Assembly (NCBI GenBank): GCA_051294905.1
Contig: CM119371.1
Location: forward strand, 18,230,001-18,294,000
Length of the DNA: 64,000 nucleotides
Reading direction: 5' to 3'
Origin: Botryllus schlosseri
Taxonomy: Eukaryota
Below, in pieces: positions 23,601-38,600 of this stretch. Numbering within the stretch: position 1 is the first letter of the stretch; every line of letters begins with the position of its first letter. The notes beneath the pieces are model-generated. The model saw only the letters and a list, made by a program, of their open reading frames with translations, was not told the DNA's origin and ran no database searches. The translations under genes were made by a program, and so were the position numbers.

Positions 23601-26600
23601 GCGCTGATTCCGAAAATATACTTTAAAATCTAATCAGGGCAATGGAAACCCCTTGAAATACGCCTCAAAGTCTAAAAATCAGCATTGTTCGAAACAATCG
23701 CAGCGACGCATAACAATCACCATAAAAATGGCCCTTGTGTGGTTGCGATTGTTCAGAACAATGCCTATTTTCATACTTTGAGGTGTATCTCAAGGGGGTT
23801 CCATTGCCCTGATTAGATTTTAATGTATGTTTCCGGAATCAGCGCGACAGTAGCTTTCAAATAAGATCAACTTTATTGAATTTAAGCATGCGGGTCGTCA
23901 GCTATGGGATTAGCAATTCTGTTGCGTTCAGACTGCTGAGCAGTAATTCCCTCCGGGCAAGCAAGCGTAACGACGGGTGTTGCGTATCTATCCGTAGGTT
24001 AGTTATCTATACTTTGAACTTGTTATAAAAAAAGTATCAAAAAGGTTTTATTCAAATTTTACCTTCAATCCCATGTCAAGTTGTCTAAAAGAACGATGCA
24101 TAACAATATTTGCTCATTTGCAACCGGTACAAGCGGAGTTATTGCAGTTGTACAGTTTGGTATTGAAAAAATAGCCTGGAAGGTGGATAATCCAAGAATT
24201 ATTACTGACGAAGTCAAATAACTTCGCTTCTACTGATTTGAATTGCGACAACTCGACAATTTAATGTGGGTTACAATACAAATTTTTTAATTTAAAAAAA
24301 AATTATCATCAATTCAAAATTTACAGACACTTGTGCGTTCACAACTACCAGTTATAATTGAGCCAAATTTGGTGTGCAGGGTTTTCGGCAATCTCATAAT
24401 TTAATCGGCGAATCGCCGGAATCCAGAAAAAAGGGTATTCTTGAACCACCCAAGTCCACAGCTTAATATTCGACTCATGATCGAATTCATGGGAAATTGA
24501 TTACCACCAAACCTAGCTCAAGACCTTGATGAGCTTGCGATTGAATAAGATCGCAGAGAGCTGTTTAAACTCGGGTTCGACTTCACAGGTATCAGTGCGC
24601 AATAGGGCTGGTCAAAAAAGAAACTTTTCCTTCAGATTTCACTGGCTACTTGATAAAATTGTTAGGTTGGACAAAAAAACGCTGAACGGCAAAATTTGGC
24701 TCAATTCCAACCAGTACAATCGAGATTGTTGGAGTTGAAAGTTTTGAATTTATCGTATAAAAAATGAAAAAATATGATTTCAAAATTTTCCTGTCGACCC
24801 CATAAAATTGTTAGGCTGTCAGTAGAGATGATGCGTACCAAATCTGGCTCAATTCCAACCACTAGAAGCGAAGTTATTGCAGTAGAAAAATTTGGTTTTG
24901 AATAAAATAGTATTTACGGTGACTGACTCTTCAATTATTTATTATAAAATCATGGAATTAGAAATTTTTCTACTGCAATAACTTAGCTTCTGGTGGTGGG
25001 AATTGAGCCAAATTGGGTATGCATCGTCTCTACTGACAGCCTAACAATCTTATGGGGTCGACATATACATTCTGACATTTTATTTCTTTATTTTTTAATG
25101 ATAAACTCAAAACTATCAACTGCAAGAATTTCGCATCCGCTGGTTGGAATTGAGCCAAATTTTGTGCGCACCGTCAATTTTTTAGCCAACCTAACAATTT
25201 TATCAAGTAGCCAGTGAAATGGGAAGGAAAAGTTTTTTCTGAACAGCCCTAGTGCGCAAGGATATCGCGCCAATTTTGGATTTGTACATGTGCATTGCTA
25301 CTCACAGATTGCTGGCGGAAACTGCGGCATGTCGTCCGCCGTTTCGTCATATATGGCGGCACCTTCTTCTTCGTCACTGTCGAATGTGGGTCTGTCAACG
25401 AATACGGGCGTCATTAGTCGATACAAGTAGACATTCGCGTAAATTTCGAGTTTCTGGAACAGGGGTGCGTGTTATACGAAGAAAGCGTGAATTTCGGCAA
25501 AAATTTTGGAAATTCAAATTTCATTCTAGTTTAAAAGAAATCGTATAAGATAGACACGTCACCGGAGAATACAGGCAAGTATTTCACGCATATTTGACAT
25601 CCTAGAACAGGGATGCATCTGAACGTCTCACACACAGGAAATGAAGATTTCCAGTTTCACCACCGAGTCAAATCCGAGCCCAAGTCATGGTGTTCACCGT
25701 TCAACTCTGCTCGAGTGATATAGATGGCTAGCATTCGTAACATCGAAATTTTCCTCAGTTTCAACAGTATCTAGCCCTATTTCCCAAGTATCGGGTCAGG
25801 ACTTATAGACGAAATACCAATCACGTGGTGACTTTACTGTTCTTCGAAGTGAGAACGAAACGTCTGTCTTGGCCGTACTAGTATCGAGCCAAGTCGAGTC
25901 ACCAGAAAATCGTGAGTCGAGTCATTACAGTTTCAGTTACAGTTACATGTTTCAGATGCTGCGGTACGGCGGTACGGCCAAAGTTTCAGTACTAGAAAGA
26001 ATCAGGGCTGTAATGACTCGACTTGACTCGAGACATTTTCTCAAAACACGGAATTGCGCGTGACTCAAACCAAGTCACATGACTCGAGACTAGGACGCCC
26101 AAGACCGACATTTCATTGTAATTTCGAAGAACAGTAAAGTAACCGCACTATTGGGATTTCGTCTATTGGTACTGGTACTTGAAAATGCGACCAGAAACTG
26201 CTAAAAGATAGGAAAATTAGTATATCATAAATGCAAACCATTCGATAACACCAAACAGAGTTACAAAAAGTGGGCTAAACAAGACTTCAACTGGAAACTG
26301 AGCAGTCAACACAATGACTCGGACCCGAACCTCTACTCGCTGACCTGGACTCTGACTTGACTCGGCGGTGAATTGAAAATGACTCGACTTGACTCGAGTC
26401 ACAACTACAAAAGTAGAATTCACTTGTGACTTGGTTACAACCCTGCAAGAAAGCGAGTTGACGTTGAATTGGTCTCGAAAATGAACAGTGAACACAATGA
26501 CTTGGACTCGGACTCGAACCGCTGAGTCCTGACTTGGACTTGGACTTGACTCGGCGGTGAATTGAAAACGACTCGACTTGACAGGGTTGTAACCAAGTCA

Positions 26601-29600
26601 CAAGGCTCCGAGTCACAAGTCAGTCTTACTTTTATAGTTTTCACTCGAGTCAAGTCGAGTCATTTCCAATTCACCGCCGAGTCAAGTCAGAGTCCAGGTC
26701 ATGGTATTATAACTCGAGTCCCACTTTTTACAACTCTGTTTGGTGATTCGAATGGTTCGCATTTATAATATACTAATTTTCCTCACTTTTAGCAGTTTCT
26801 GGTCGCATTTTCAAGTACCAGTATCAATAGACGAAATCCCAATAGTGTGGTGACTTTACTATACTTCGAAATTACAATGAAATATCGGTCTTGGCCGTCT
26901 GAGTATCGAGTCCTATGACTTGGTTCAAGTCATGCGCAATGACTTGAGTCGAAGTCGAGTCAATACACAGATTGACTCGAGTCGAGACATTTCCGTATTT
27001 TGAGTCAAGTCGAGTCAGCAAAAAATCGCGAATCGAGTCATTACAGCCCTGAGTTGAACCCTGACTTAGACTCGGACTTGACTCGGTGATGAATGACTTG
27101 ACTTGACTCGAGTCAAAATTATAACATAACAATCGACATGTGACTCGGCTACAACTAGAGGTCGACCGATATTGGTTTTGACAGGCCGATACCGATACTG
27201 ATATATCGACACACACACATAGGCCGATATCAATATCAAGGGAGCAGAGCACAATTTCACCAAGAATATTATACATTAGGCAAGATTGCGCTTGTTAATG
27301 CCACGGAAAGCTGAACAACAATAGAGAAAACTGAAATTGAAAAGAGTTACTGCTTAATTGTGCACATTCATTGAAATTCGGGATAACCCAAAAAGCAAAA
27401 CATGATACAGAATTGCATATCAGTCCCGAAAAGGTAGATTGCAATGCAGGAAGCATAGTCCTTCTACATTCTCACCCGGTTAAACTCGTCCCGCAAGAGT
27501 GAATCTGTCATATATCGCTCTTTGCGTCGACGATTTCTTGAGATTGAGAACACGAGGCATTGAATTTCCAATATTTTTGAAATTTTTTTAGATGTAAAAT
27601 ATCGGCTGCGTTATCGGACTTCATAGGCCGATATCGATAATCGGGAAAGCTCTAAATATCGGCCTCCATAATCGGTCATGTCGATAATCGCTCGACCTCT
27701 AGTCACAACCCTGGAAAGAATCATCTATCACTATTGCACTGGAATCAATGGACCAGACACTCTATTCAGATGCGAGTACTAAAATTATTGTCGCCAGCCT
27801 TAATCCCAGACAGTTCCACTCACATCATATCTGACGACGGCATCCGTTGCACGGGCGGCGGAACTGGTTGACGCATCGGCGGCAACATAGGTGGCGGCGG
27901 TTCAGGTGCGTCGGCGGTATCTTCGTAAATGTCGTCTCCGGGTTGCGGCACGCTCGGCAGAGGCAGCGATTTTTTATCTGAAACATATACGAACGATTTG
28001 AGAGCGGGCCAAAGCATCAGGAGTCTGTCTGGTGGCTTTGAAGATGATTTTCATATTCGATTAGAATTAGAATTACTGAATTTGACCTAAACAAACTGAA
28101 TTTGGACCTAACGTATGCAAATTAGGTGTTTTTCAACACAATGTTAAAATTGTACCACTTATCTACATTTCTGGTTGGAACTGGCTGTCCTAACGAAGTA
28201 GTTTGGCCTGAAAAAAAACGTTTTTGGCATAGAAACAGGCAACTTTTTACATGAAAAAACCAACCTACGAAGAATTCCAGTGGTTGCAATACGTATTATG
28301 GTGGAAATAAATAAAAAAATTTGTAGTACAACGAGAGATACTTTCCTACATTCTTGGGTAGAAAGTGTCTGTCCTTACTAAGAAACTTGCCAAGGACGTT
28401 CAACAGCAGCAGTTGTTGGCTGACAACAGTTATGCGTACACTGCTGGTGACAAGTCTTGCTTCAGTTAGGTCATTGCGGTACGTTGAGCATAACACCATG
28501 TCCACCTATTTGTTTCATTTCAATGTTTATGATTCACAATGAGCAGACAATGGGCCGTCTACAACGGTAGGCCTATAAAGTAGGCTACGAGCTGTTAAAT
28601 ATCAAATGATAAGTTCACCGACAGTGCAAAATCTATGAAACAAACGAAATGCAGACTTTATAAAAACATTTTGCCGTTTTTTGACCTAACGCTACAATTT
28701 TGACCTAATTTTGACCTTTTTTGACATGTCAAAAAAATCGTCCTAGTGGTGACCCTTTTTTTTTCAGTCCTCAGTGCTATCGGTCAAAAAGCTTTCAGAA
28801 TCACCACTTTTCTTTACCGTTGCTGGAGCTTTCAGAAATTTTAAAAAGTGTCCTCTTTTTCGGAACTCAAAATTTGGTAAAATTTGGGTACGTGGTTGAA
28901 AAAGGTTTGAGGGCCCATGCACTAGTAGTTTGTGTACCAAAGTTTGGTAGAACTGGACAACTACAATTATCTAGTACCTGGCTGAGGTGAAGGTAGCGGT
29001 CTTCTAAAAGGCAATTCGGGCGGTCCGTCTGCTGCTGGTGGGGCTGGCAGGCCCCTCATCATAGGCGGTAAAGGCGGGGGTTCATTACCGCGCGGTGGTA
29101 AGGGCAGTGGTAAGTCGTCCGGCGGCAATGGCAGTTCTTTTGTCTCCGGTGAAGATTTCGGCTTCAAAATTTGTGGCAATTGGAATTTCTTCTTACCTGG
29201 AATTGAGAAAGAATTCATTTAAAATGACGGTGGGCCGGGGCCTGTGTGTATATAACCTGAACCTGGGGCTATTTTGGGGGGTAATTCACTTCGACGTTTT
29301 TTGTATACCGGTACTTATAACTCTGCCTGAAGTATTTTCAAGCGTAAATATGAATTTAGGCTAACATATATTTTCGCGAGCTTGTATGTATTTCATTTCA
29401 CTTAACACACTATGCCTGCTGCTATATCATGGTAAACATTAGTGATTATGAACAACAGGGCCGAATGTAGTTTAGTGCTGGCAAATTGCACGACAACAAG
29501 GGATGTCTAAGTTCATCTTTACACCTATAATGCAGTAACAATATCGTTGAAATATAGTTTTTAGCATTGGAGAGTGCAGCGGTCTAGTCTGAAATCAACA

Positions 29601-32600
29601 AAATGCCTTCGAAGAAATGAGGACAAGAATTTGGAACCTCTTGGGTTCGCCTTCACAATGAATAGCCCAACTTTTTCGTAAGTGCGTTGCAATTGCTGAT
29701 TGAATTCCCTTCAACTTATTGCTGTGAAATAGGATTTTCTGCAATTGTAACTATCAAAACGAAATAAGTTTGCAATTGACTATTAAATGAGGTGATGTCT
29801 ATTATCCACCCCTTCGTCTAGATGTGACGACTGGATAACACGAAAACAGAATCAGCCTTCCGTTTGACTTGATATTTTAAACAGTCATTTCAGTTTACAT
29901 TACGACGTCATCTTTGCGCTGTTTTACAATAATTGAGTGCTAGCTGTAATTTGGTATTTTTTGAAAAGGGGTGATTGCATCCTGTCATCATCTTGGGTAA
30001 CGATATGAAAAAGGTTAAGAACCACTGGTCTAGGAGGTTCAGACGGGGTCAGGTTTGCAGAGACGAGCATGGATTAGAATTAGGATTTGGGAAAACCGGA
30101 TTTGTGAAACTTTGACGGATTAGGATTGGATTAAGAGTAAAGATTTTTTATCATGGACCAGGGTTAGGATTGGATTTTCGGGGAGATTGATGTGCTGTGG
30201 CAAACGGCGACAAAATTTTACGTCCTACCAAAGTTACTTTATATACTTTGGTACTCGTTTACGTTTCATTCCTTTTTACAGAATGATAGGCATGAGATGT
30301 AGGCTTTCCAAGTGGTATTCTAAGTTTGAGTCAGATTAGGATTAGAATCAGGATTGGAGTATGCAAAATTTCTGGATTAGGACAGAAATTTCAGGCTTGC
30401 ACAAACTGCTGGACTACAGAACTAGAACGATAACTGACGACCTTCAGAAATGACCAGCTAAATGTTAACTAGGACAATTTTTTACCTAAAAACAGAAGAT
30501 TTTGACCTAAAAAATCAAGATTTTGACATCTTTTTACCTTAAAAAACTTAGTTTTGACCTCATGTGTGTAAATTTGGTGTTTTTGCAAATAATGTTAGAA
30601 TTGTAGTACTTATTTTCATTTCTGGTCGGAATTGTCGGTCCTTACAAAGTAGCTTGGCCAGAAAACACTTTTTTGACTTAAAAACCGACCAATTTTTACT
30701 TGAAAAAACTTTATTTTAACGAAATCGGGCGCTATGACGAATTCCAGTAGTTACATCATGCATTATGGTGGAAATTATTAAAATTTGTTGTAGTACAACG
30801 AAAGATACTTTCCTACATTCTCGGCTAGAAAGTGTTCGTCCTTACTAGGTAGCTTGCCAAGTATGGAGAAAGAACGTTCAACATCAGCAGTTGTTGGCTG
30901 ACAACACACAAGTTGTGCGTGCGCCGTACATTGCTGGTGACGAACCGTGTTGCTTCATTCTGACAATGTTTTCTACATCACAATTTTTCATCATGCGCTC
31001 AAGTTTTAATATTGCGGTACGTTGAGCATAACACCATGCCAACCTATTTGTCTCATTTGATCGTTTGTCATGCACAATGAGCAGACGATGCACCGTCTAC
31101 CAGAGATGAGCATGGATTAGGATTAGGTTTTGAAAAAACAGGATTTGTGAAATTTTGTCGGATTTGGATTGGATTAGACAGTTTTTTCGGAACGGATTAG
31201 GATTTGGATTGGATTGACCGATTTTCTGGTAGATTGAAATGTCGTGTGGCGAATGGCGACAAACTTGATTCAGATCAGTTATTAATGTACTTATGGTTAC
31301 TAAGTTATCTTGAATCAAGTGAATCGTTGGTTGTGGAAGAAAATTTTCGAATCCCTCCATTGCATAAATTAGGATTTTGTCTGAATTTCCAGTTGGAATC
31401 GGATTAGGATTGGACATGGACTTGAGTATGAAAATGTTATGGATTAGGATTTGGATTTGAAGGTTCGGATTTGGATTGGATTAGGACATAGAAATTTCAA
31501 ATCCGCTCATCTCTGCCGTCTACCACGGCAGGCCTATAAAGTCGGCCACAAGCTGTATAATGACAAATGAAGAGTTCACTGACAGCGCAGACATCTACCA
31601 TACAAACGAAATGCAGGTTGCAAAAAAAATTTGACTTTGTAAATAATTTTGATGGTTTTTGACCTGCCGCTACAATTTTGACAAAATTTTGACAGGTGTC
31701 AAAAAAATAGCCCCAACGCCCCCATAATAACTGATAATACAAATTACGGAATTGCGAATGAGCCAAGAAATGTCGGATATTTTCGAACAACTATACAGTC
31801 GCTATCTGAACCAGTGATTGCCAGCAGCTGATCCAAGATAGCTTTCTTGCGATCTCACAAACAACATAATAGAGAGCCATAGAGAGTCGCTTTTTGTTCC
31901 TGTGAATAGTTTCCCTCAAAGTCAGTATATCCACAATAAAACAATAGAATCTAGTTATGTATGAGCCGCTCAAGGCTGCTTCTGAAAACCAGGAAGAGGA
32001 TTTTTGCAGACTACCGTGCAAGCATCGAACGCACCGTGTACCATTGCCATTTGCAAATATCTTGAGCTCTGCTGGTTATAGACGTTTTTCGATTGTTTCT
32101 TTGAAGAGCAGATGCCCGTCCAATTTCACTGACATCAAAATAACGGCTAATAGTCAAATACAAATCGCAGCAACTTCAATATCAGCCCACGTACATTTCC
32201 CCTGCAAACTTGTACATAGGTGTGTGGGAAGTTGTAGAGCAGGGGTCACCAACGCATTTAGCGCATCAGGATATCTTCTGGATTAAAACAAGTTATGGAA
32301 ACGGTGAATTGAGTGACACAGCGGCATCGTAGAGCCTTTGGCTGTCGATACTATGTTTTGGAAAAAATTGGAGTTGGTGAGCCCAGCTGTAGAGCTATCA
32401 TATAACGGCATATATCTTACGTTGTAGTAAGGACAGTAATTTGCAGTTAGTTTCAAGGAATTGCACTCCAGAAGCCGAGGGTTTTCATGTGGCTTCACAG
32501 GTACCGGTACCGTTAGTTGAAAGTTTAAAATTCGCCCAAAAAAAGTGGGAACCACTGATTCAGACTTGGACAATTAGAAAATTTACAGCTTTTCTAAATT

Positions 32601-35600
32601 AGAATCAGAATTATAGGCCTAGCTATACAGTTTTTGGTCCAAATTAGACTAGAATTAAAATGATTACTAGGCCTACACAGTTTATTTCCAAATAAGATTA
32701 AAATCATAATAATATCTGAACAGGTTTTTCCAAATTAGACTAGAATTAAAATTATTGCTAAGCCTGCACAGGTTTTTCCGACTAAGATTATTAAAATTGT
32801 AATAATAGCTAAACAGGTTTTTCCAGATTAGATTAGAATTAGAATTTCTGAAGTCACCAAAACCAGGAAATTGAATGAACTTCAGTCCGTATCAAAGCAG
32901 AGCTCATCATCTCGAGCACGGGAATGACAAATGTCTGTACGCCGTACTGCAAACTTGGCTCGTTTCGCACTATACAGTTCTCCCGTAGCATTTTCAGGGA
33001 AACCAGAAATTAGATTAGAATTGAGAATAAAAATTTAAGATTGAAATTGGTTGGATTGAGATTGAAAATTTTCACAAATTAGATTAGAATTGGATTATCG
33101 TCATTTCGATCCAGTTAGTCTGATGATCCAGATGTCCAAGTCTACACTGATGCCGCTATTCAACAATAAATAAGTGAGCTGAATAACGGTTTGATCAAGA
33201 TAGTGGATCAGGGGCCAAATGAAAAGCAGAAAATATGTTGGCGGTCAGAGTAAAAAAATTTAACTATATTCTCTGGGGTATTAATCATATTTCTAAATTG
33301 AAAGCGGTGAATCACAGTGTTAATAAATGCTGCTCAGTGATTGTGTCGATATTAGGTAGTGATAAAGTGACGATTAATTAACGAAAATGACATGCCTGTT
33401 CGTCCTAATGGGTGATGATGACTCATATCAGTCACAAGCATTGATTGACTTGTTTTACGAATTAGGTATTTGGAAGCACAGGCCGTGTAATTCGTAATGT
33501 GACCATGACAACAAAGAAAGTTTGAAATAAACTATATGTAAAGAGTGTGTTCTTGTGACTTCAATTGTTACGGCATACTTACCTACCTTTATTTTGAATA
33601 TGAATTACGCATGCGAGGTACTAGGCTGCGTAATGACGGCACATTAATGAACGGGCTTCAAAGTAAACCAATTTGTGGTTCAGTTTATACAGCCTATGGT
33701 TTTTGTCTACGCAGCAACATTCTAAAGTATGTTTTATCTTTTGAATCCCAAAGCGACTTTTGGCGGGCCGCTCAGAACTGCTCCGCGGGCCGCAGTTTGC
33801 TCAGGGTTTGTAGTAGACGATGCAGAAAAAAATACATTGCGGACGTACAAAATATTTGCAGAAAAAACAAGGCTCACTCACCCTTTGTCGGCAGCACCAC
33901 GTGCGGCGGCTTCGATTGCTTGATGGGCGCGGGCTCGGAATATTTCTCTGGCGGAATCCGTAGCCTAGGCGGGACACCGTTGACTTTCGTGGGCGTGTCA
34001 GGAAACATTGCAGGCGGCGGTGGTAAGCTGCCAACTGTGAAGAAAACTGTTTTACAAATCCTTGCCAAAAAAAAAGTACTTGTGTTTCGGAGAATCCACG
34101 AATTTCCCAGGGGCCATAGGGGAATTTATAGAGTCTTCATGACACCAAAGGAGTTCAGTAATGAAGTACTTCTACTTATTCAGAGTACTCAACTAGCACT
34201 AAATACTCAAGTGAGGATGTTTTTTGACTGCTCCCTCTTCCTTCTTGAACAGTTTTTTATCAAGAACGGCTATTTAGTTTCTGAATACTCTATTCAATTA
34301 TTCATATTGAAATGAACCCGAATATTTTCGGCTGACACTCGTCAGGGCTAATCGTCAGCAACTAGTTGAGAATTGAAAAGAACATCATATATCAACAATC
34401 GTGTCACAAAATATGACGTCACCGGCATGAAATTTTGAATAATCGGCGCAAAGAGAGCACTCTCAAGCCCTATGTTATATCTTTAGATGGTACACAAACT
34501 CTTTCTGCTGGCCCAGACTCATTTGGCGTATTTTGATATAAGTTGACTCCAAGGCACCCAAATGAAAGCGTAAACGGCCTGTCCCGACAACACGAAATCT
34601 TTCGCCTCGTCAATTTTTCATGAAACAGGATTTTAAGAGCTTCTTGGAGGTACAGAACCTCAATATACAATTGCAACAATCATTATTGGTGGATAATCCG
34701 GGAATTATCAACAAAAAACTCAAATAACTCCGCTTCTATTAGTTGGAATTGAGTCAAATTTGTTTTGCACCGTCTTTGAAGACAGCTCGACCATTTCATG
34801 GGGTTAACAGGAAAATTTTAAAAAAATTTTTAATTTTCCCTAATAAATGAAAAATTTTAATTGGATCTGCGGTGTCTTATACTTGTTAGAATTGAACCAA
34901 ATTTGGTGTGCAGCGTTTTTTAGGGTAACCCGACAATTTAATCAGTGAATGGCTGGAATCCAGAAAAAAGGTTCATTTTTATTGCACAGCAATCTAAGGC
35001 CAAAAATTCTGCCATTGGCAAGCATCTGTTGGATAATCCCCCTTGTGAGAAAAATTATACGACAGATTTCGCGCCGTCGGAAGGGGCCGTTCACACTTCC
35101 ATTCGCGTGCCTCGGAGTCTACTTTTATCAAAATACACCAGCCAAGTCTGTGTCAACGAAAGGAGTTCGTGTATCATCTAAAAATAGCACATTGAACGCT
35201 CTCTTCTTCAAAATTCCATGCCGGTGACGTCATATTTTGTGATACATTGTTCATATACAATGTTCTTTCCAGTTCTCTACTAGTTGCTGACGATTACCCC
35301 TGACGAGTATCGGTCTAAAATATTCGGGCTCATTTCAAAGTAGCAGAAATCCACGAATACATTACCGTATCTCCGAAACGTGACGTGATAGAAAAAACAC
35401 CAGGTTCAGCACCCTCAAATTAGGTATAGATGACCCAAATATAGCCTAGGGCCAAAATAGTGCAGACCGGTGTCATTATCATTTGAAATCATCTTCGTTT
35501 ACCAGGTTTCGATTTTAGACTCGGCTTTGGACTGACGGGTTTCGGCCCCGGCTTTGGGCCTGGTTTAGGACCCGGCCTCGGTGCCGCCTTCGGAAGCGCA

Positions 35601-38600
35601 GGAGCGTGCAAAAACGACGTGTTTCGCCTGCCTGGCTTTTCTTCTGAAAAATACATCACAGACAAAAACAATTACACGGACGTCAACGTAACAGTGCACA
35701 TCGCAAATCGTACAGAAACAAAAGAATATCTCACAAAAAACACGTGCACGATACGGCTGTTCAAAATAACGTGTTTTTTTTCAAATTCTACAGGCTACTT
35801 GATAAAATTGCTAGGTTGCCTCGGGCCCTACGATACTTAGTACTTAGATACTTAGACAGTTAAGTATCGTAGGCCCCGGTTGCCTACAAAACAGGTGCTG
35901 GTGCACACCAATTTTGACTCAATTCCAATCAGTGGAAGAAAAGTTTTTGCAGTATACAATTTTCGATTTGAAAAAAAATAGTATTTACGGTGGCACACTC
36001 TTAGATTATTTATTATAGACCTATCCATCGTAAATACTGTTTTTTCAAATCCATAATTTTCTACTACAACAACTTTACTTGCACGGATTGGAATTAAGTC
36101 AAATTTTATAGGCCAATACGGCACATCGTTTTTCCAGACAACCTTACAATTCCAGGAGCCGGTAAAATTTGAAAAAATTTATACTTATTAAGTAAATCCA
36201 AAACTTTATTCTTGCATAGCAATGCTTAAACAGCTTGGAATTGAGCCAAAATTTGGTGTGCAACGTTATCTTAGGTAGGGTTACCATACTTCCTGTTTTA
36301 AGAGGAATTGTCCTCTTTTTTGAAAATTTTGGTTAAATGTATGTTGAAATTCAACTGAGATATAGGAAATCAGCCGAGTGAAAAGTTGCCCTTCTTTTTT
36401 TTTGTTTTTAGTCAACCAACTACAAACTCGCACTAAATTTACCATTTTTTCCAGGATTTTACTCCGGTATATTGTAAGTCTGGAAATTTTTAAAAAGCGC
36501 CCTCTTTTCAGATTTTCAAAATATGGTACAGGTAACCTAATAATTTTATCAAGAAGCCGGTGAAATTTGAAGAAAAAACATTTTGAACAGCCGGAGTGTA
36601 AACGTTCATTGTTCATTGAAGACGAGAAAATATAATGTCTAAATCCAAATACGAAAATGCTGCGAAATTTGGTTCGAATCTAAAATTCACATCTCATCGT
36701 AGCACGTGATCAGACATACACAACATCAATATGATCAGGAATGTCTGCACACAACATTCCACGTTACCTAGTTCATTATTCAAGCCGTGGTGGCATTATA
36801 GCCATAACCAGGGCATGGAAAAATACAAACATTACAGTAGGTCAAATCACGGAAATTGCTGGTTCACCAAGCACGACCCATAGACACATAATCCATTGGT
36901 TTTTCCAAAGGATGGGGACAATCTCATTGCATGCAAACATTAACAATCACTGATAGCTACACACTGTAGACTAGGGTCATGTAAATAGCCAAGAGATGAA
37001 AGGAGCAATCACGAGTCACCAAGATAAAAAGCTAACTAAAAACACAGACACGCATACTGGTAGCTTTCCAAATAGGCCGTGAGTAGGTTTGGGGCAGAGA
37101 TGCCATCAGCTTACCAGATTTTTGAGGTGGGCTGCGAGCATAAAAAGGTCGGAAACCACTGGTTTCGATTGAGGATATACAACATTCTTTCCAGTTATCT
37201 CCTAGAAGTTCACGATTAGCCTACCCCTAACGATTTTCAGTCCGAAACGTTTTGGGCTTGTTTTGATATGAATATAATATTCGATTGCATACTGAAGTCC
37301 TGCACTACAAAGAGTATCTTCAAATGTAACACTTTAGCCCAGTGGTGACCAACCACATTTCGATTACTTGTGTAGGCTACGGCCGCATTCCAGGGCACAT
37401 CCGAAATTAGCTAACTGGACACCATATGTACCCATGTTAAACTGTCCATGTCCATTACCCCGGTGAACTCCGGACTAATTAACTTTTTCATATTCGCAGG
37501 GGTGTCGTCAGGGGTGATCGTCAGCAACTAGTAGAGAATTGGAAAGAACATTGTATATCAACAATCGTATTACAAAATATGGACCCGACAATTTAATTAG
37601 TGAATGGCCGGAATCCAGAAAACAAGTTATTTTTGAACACTGAACAGCCCGAATGCACAGCAATCTATGGCCATAAATTCTGCCATCGGCAAGCATCTGT
37701 TGGATGATCCCGTTCGTGCGAAAAATTATCGAGACGACAGATTTCGCGTCGTCGGAAGGGGCCGTTCACACTTTCATTTGTGTGCCTTGGAGTAGACTTT
37801 TATCAAAACACACCAGCCAAGGTCGTGTCAACGAAAGGAGTTCGTGTATCATTTAAAAATAGTACATTGATCGCTCTCTTATTCGAAATTTCATGCTGGT
37901 GACGTCATATTTTGTGTTCCGATTGTTGATATACGCTGTTCTTTTGAATTCTCTACTAGTTGCTGACGATTACCCCTGACGAATGTCAGCCGAAAAGATT
38001 CGGGTTCGTTTCAATATGAATATGCTATCCAAATTTTCTTCTGCAGCCAAAGGTTGCCCACCCCCTGCTTTAGCCTATAAAATCACCGGCAAAACACTCA
38101 CGAGAGTCGTCGCTGTCCTGCCTGTTGTAACTGCCCGGGTACGTTTTCGGCGGGGTGGCTGGCGGTGCCGGAAAGTCGTCAGGGCCGGTGCTTTCCAAGT
38201 ACATATCATCCTCGTCTTGTGGAAGAGTCTGGTCACCTGACTGATTTTGATTATTACTAGACCAGGACGGCGCGGAATGTGTGTCTTGTTTCGCGTTCCA
38301 AGAATTAGACGGGGCTGGTTTTTTCTGCGCCCAAGGCGGTGTATTCTGGGTCTTATTTTCAGGTTTCTTTGCCCAAGACGGGGTGTTGTCTTGGGGTTTC
38401 GATTGCCAAGACGGGCGGTCCGGGGACTTTTCCTTATTTTTGGCCCAGGGCGGAGTCGAATCGGTCGGGGGGTGGTCTGGGGATTTTTCTTTATTTTTGG
38501 CCCACGACGGGGTGGAATCGGGGCTCGGTTTGTTACCCCAGGAATTGCGAGGCGATGGGGCTTTTTGCTGCCAAGGTGGGGTGTTGTGTTGCCTTGCGTT

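Noticed and set aside
32570..32850. CRISPR-like repeat array
   Set aside because: Eukaryotic context, degenerate tandem units without unique spacers, inside a MITE, and no cas genes.
33545..34315. 256-aa + strand ORF
   Set aside because: Crosses a MITE end, the antisense of a FYB-like exon and intron sequence; no coherent domain.
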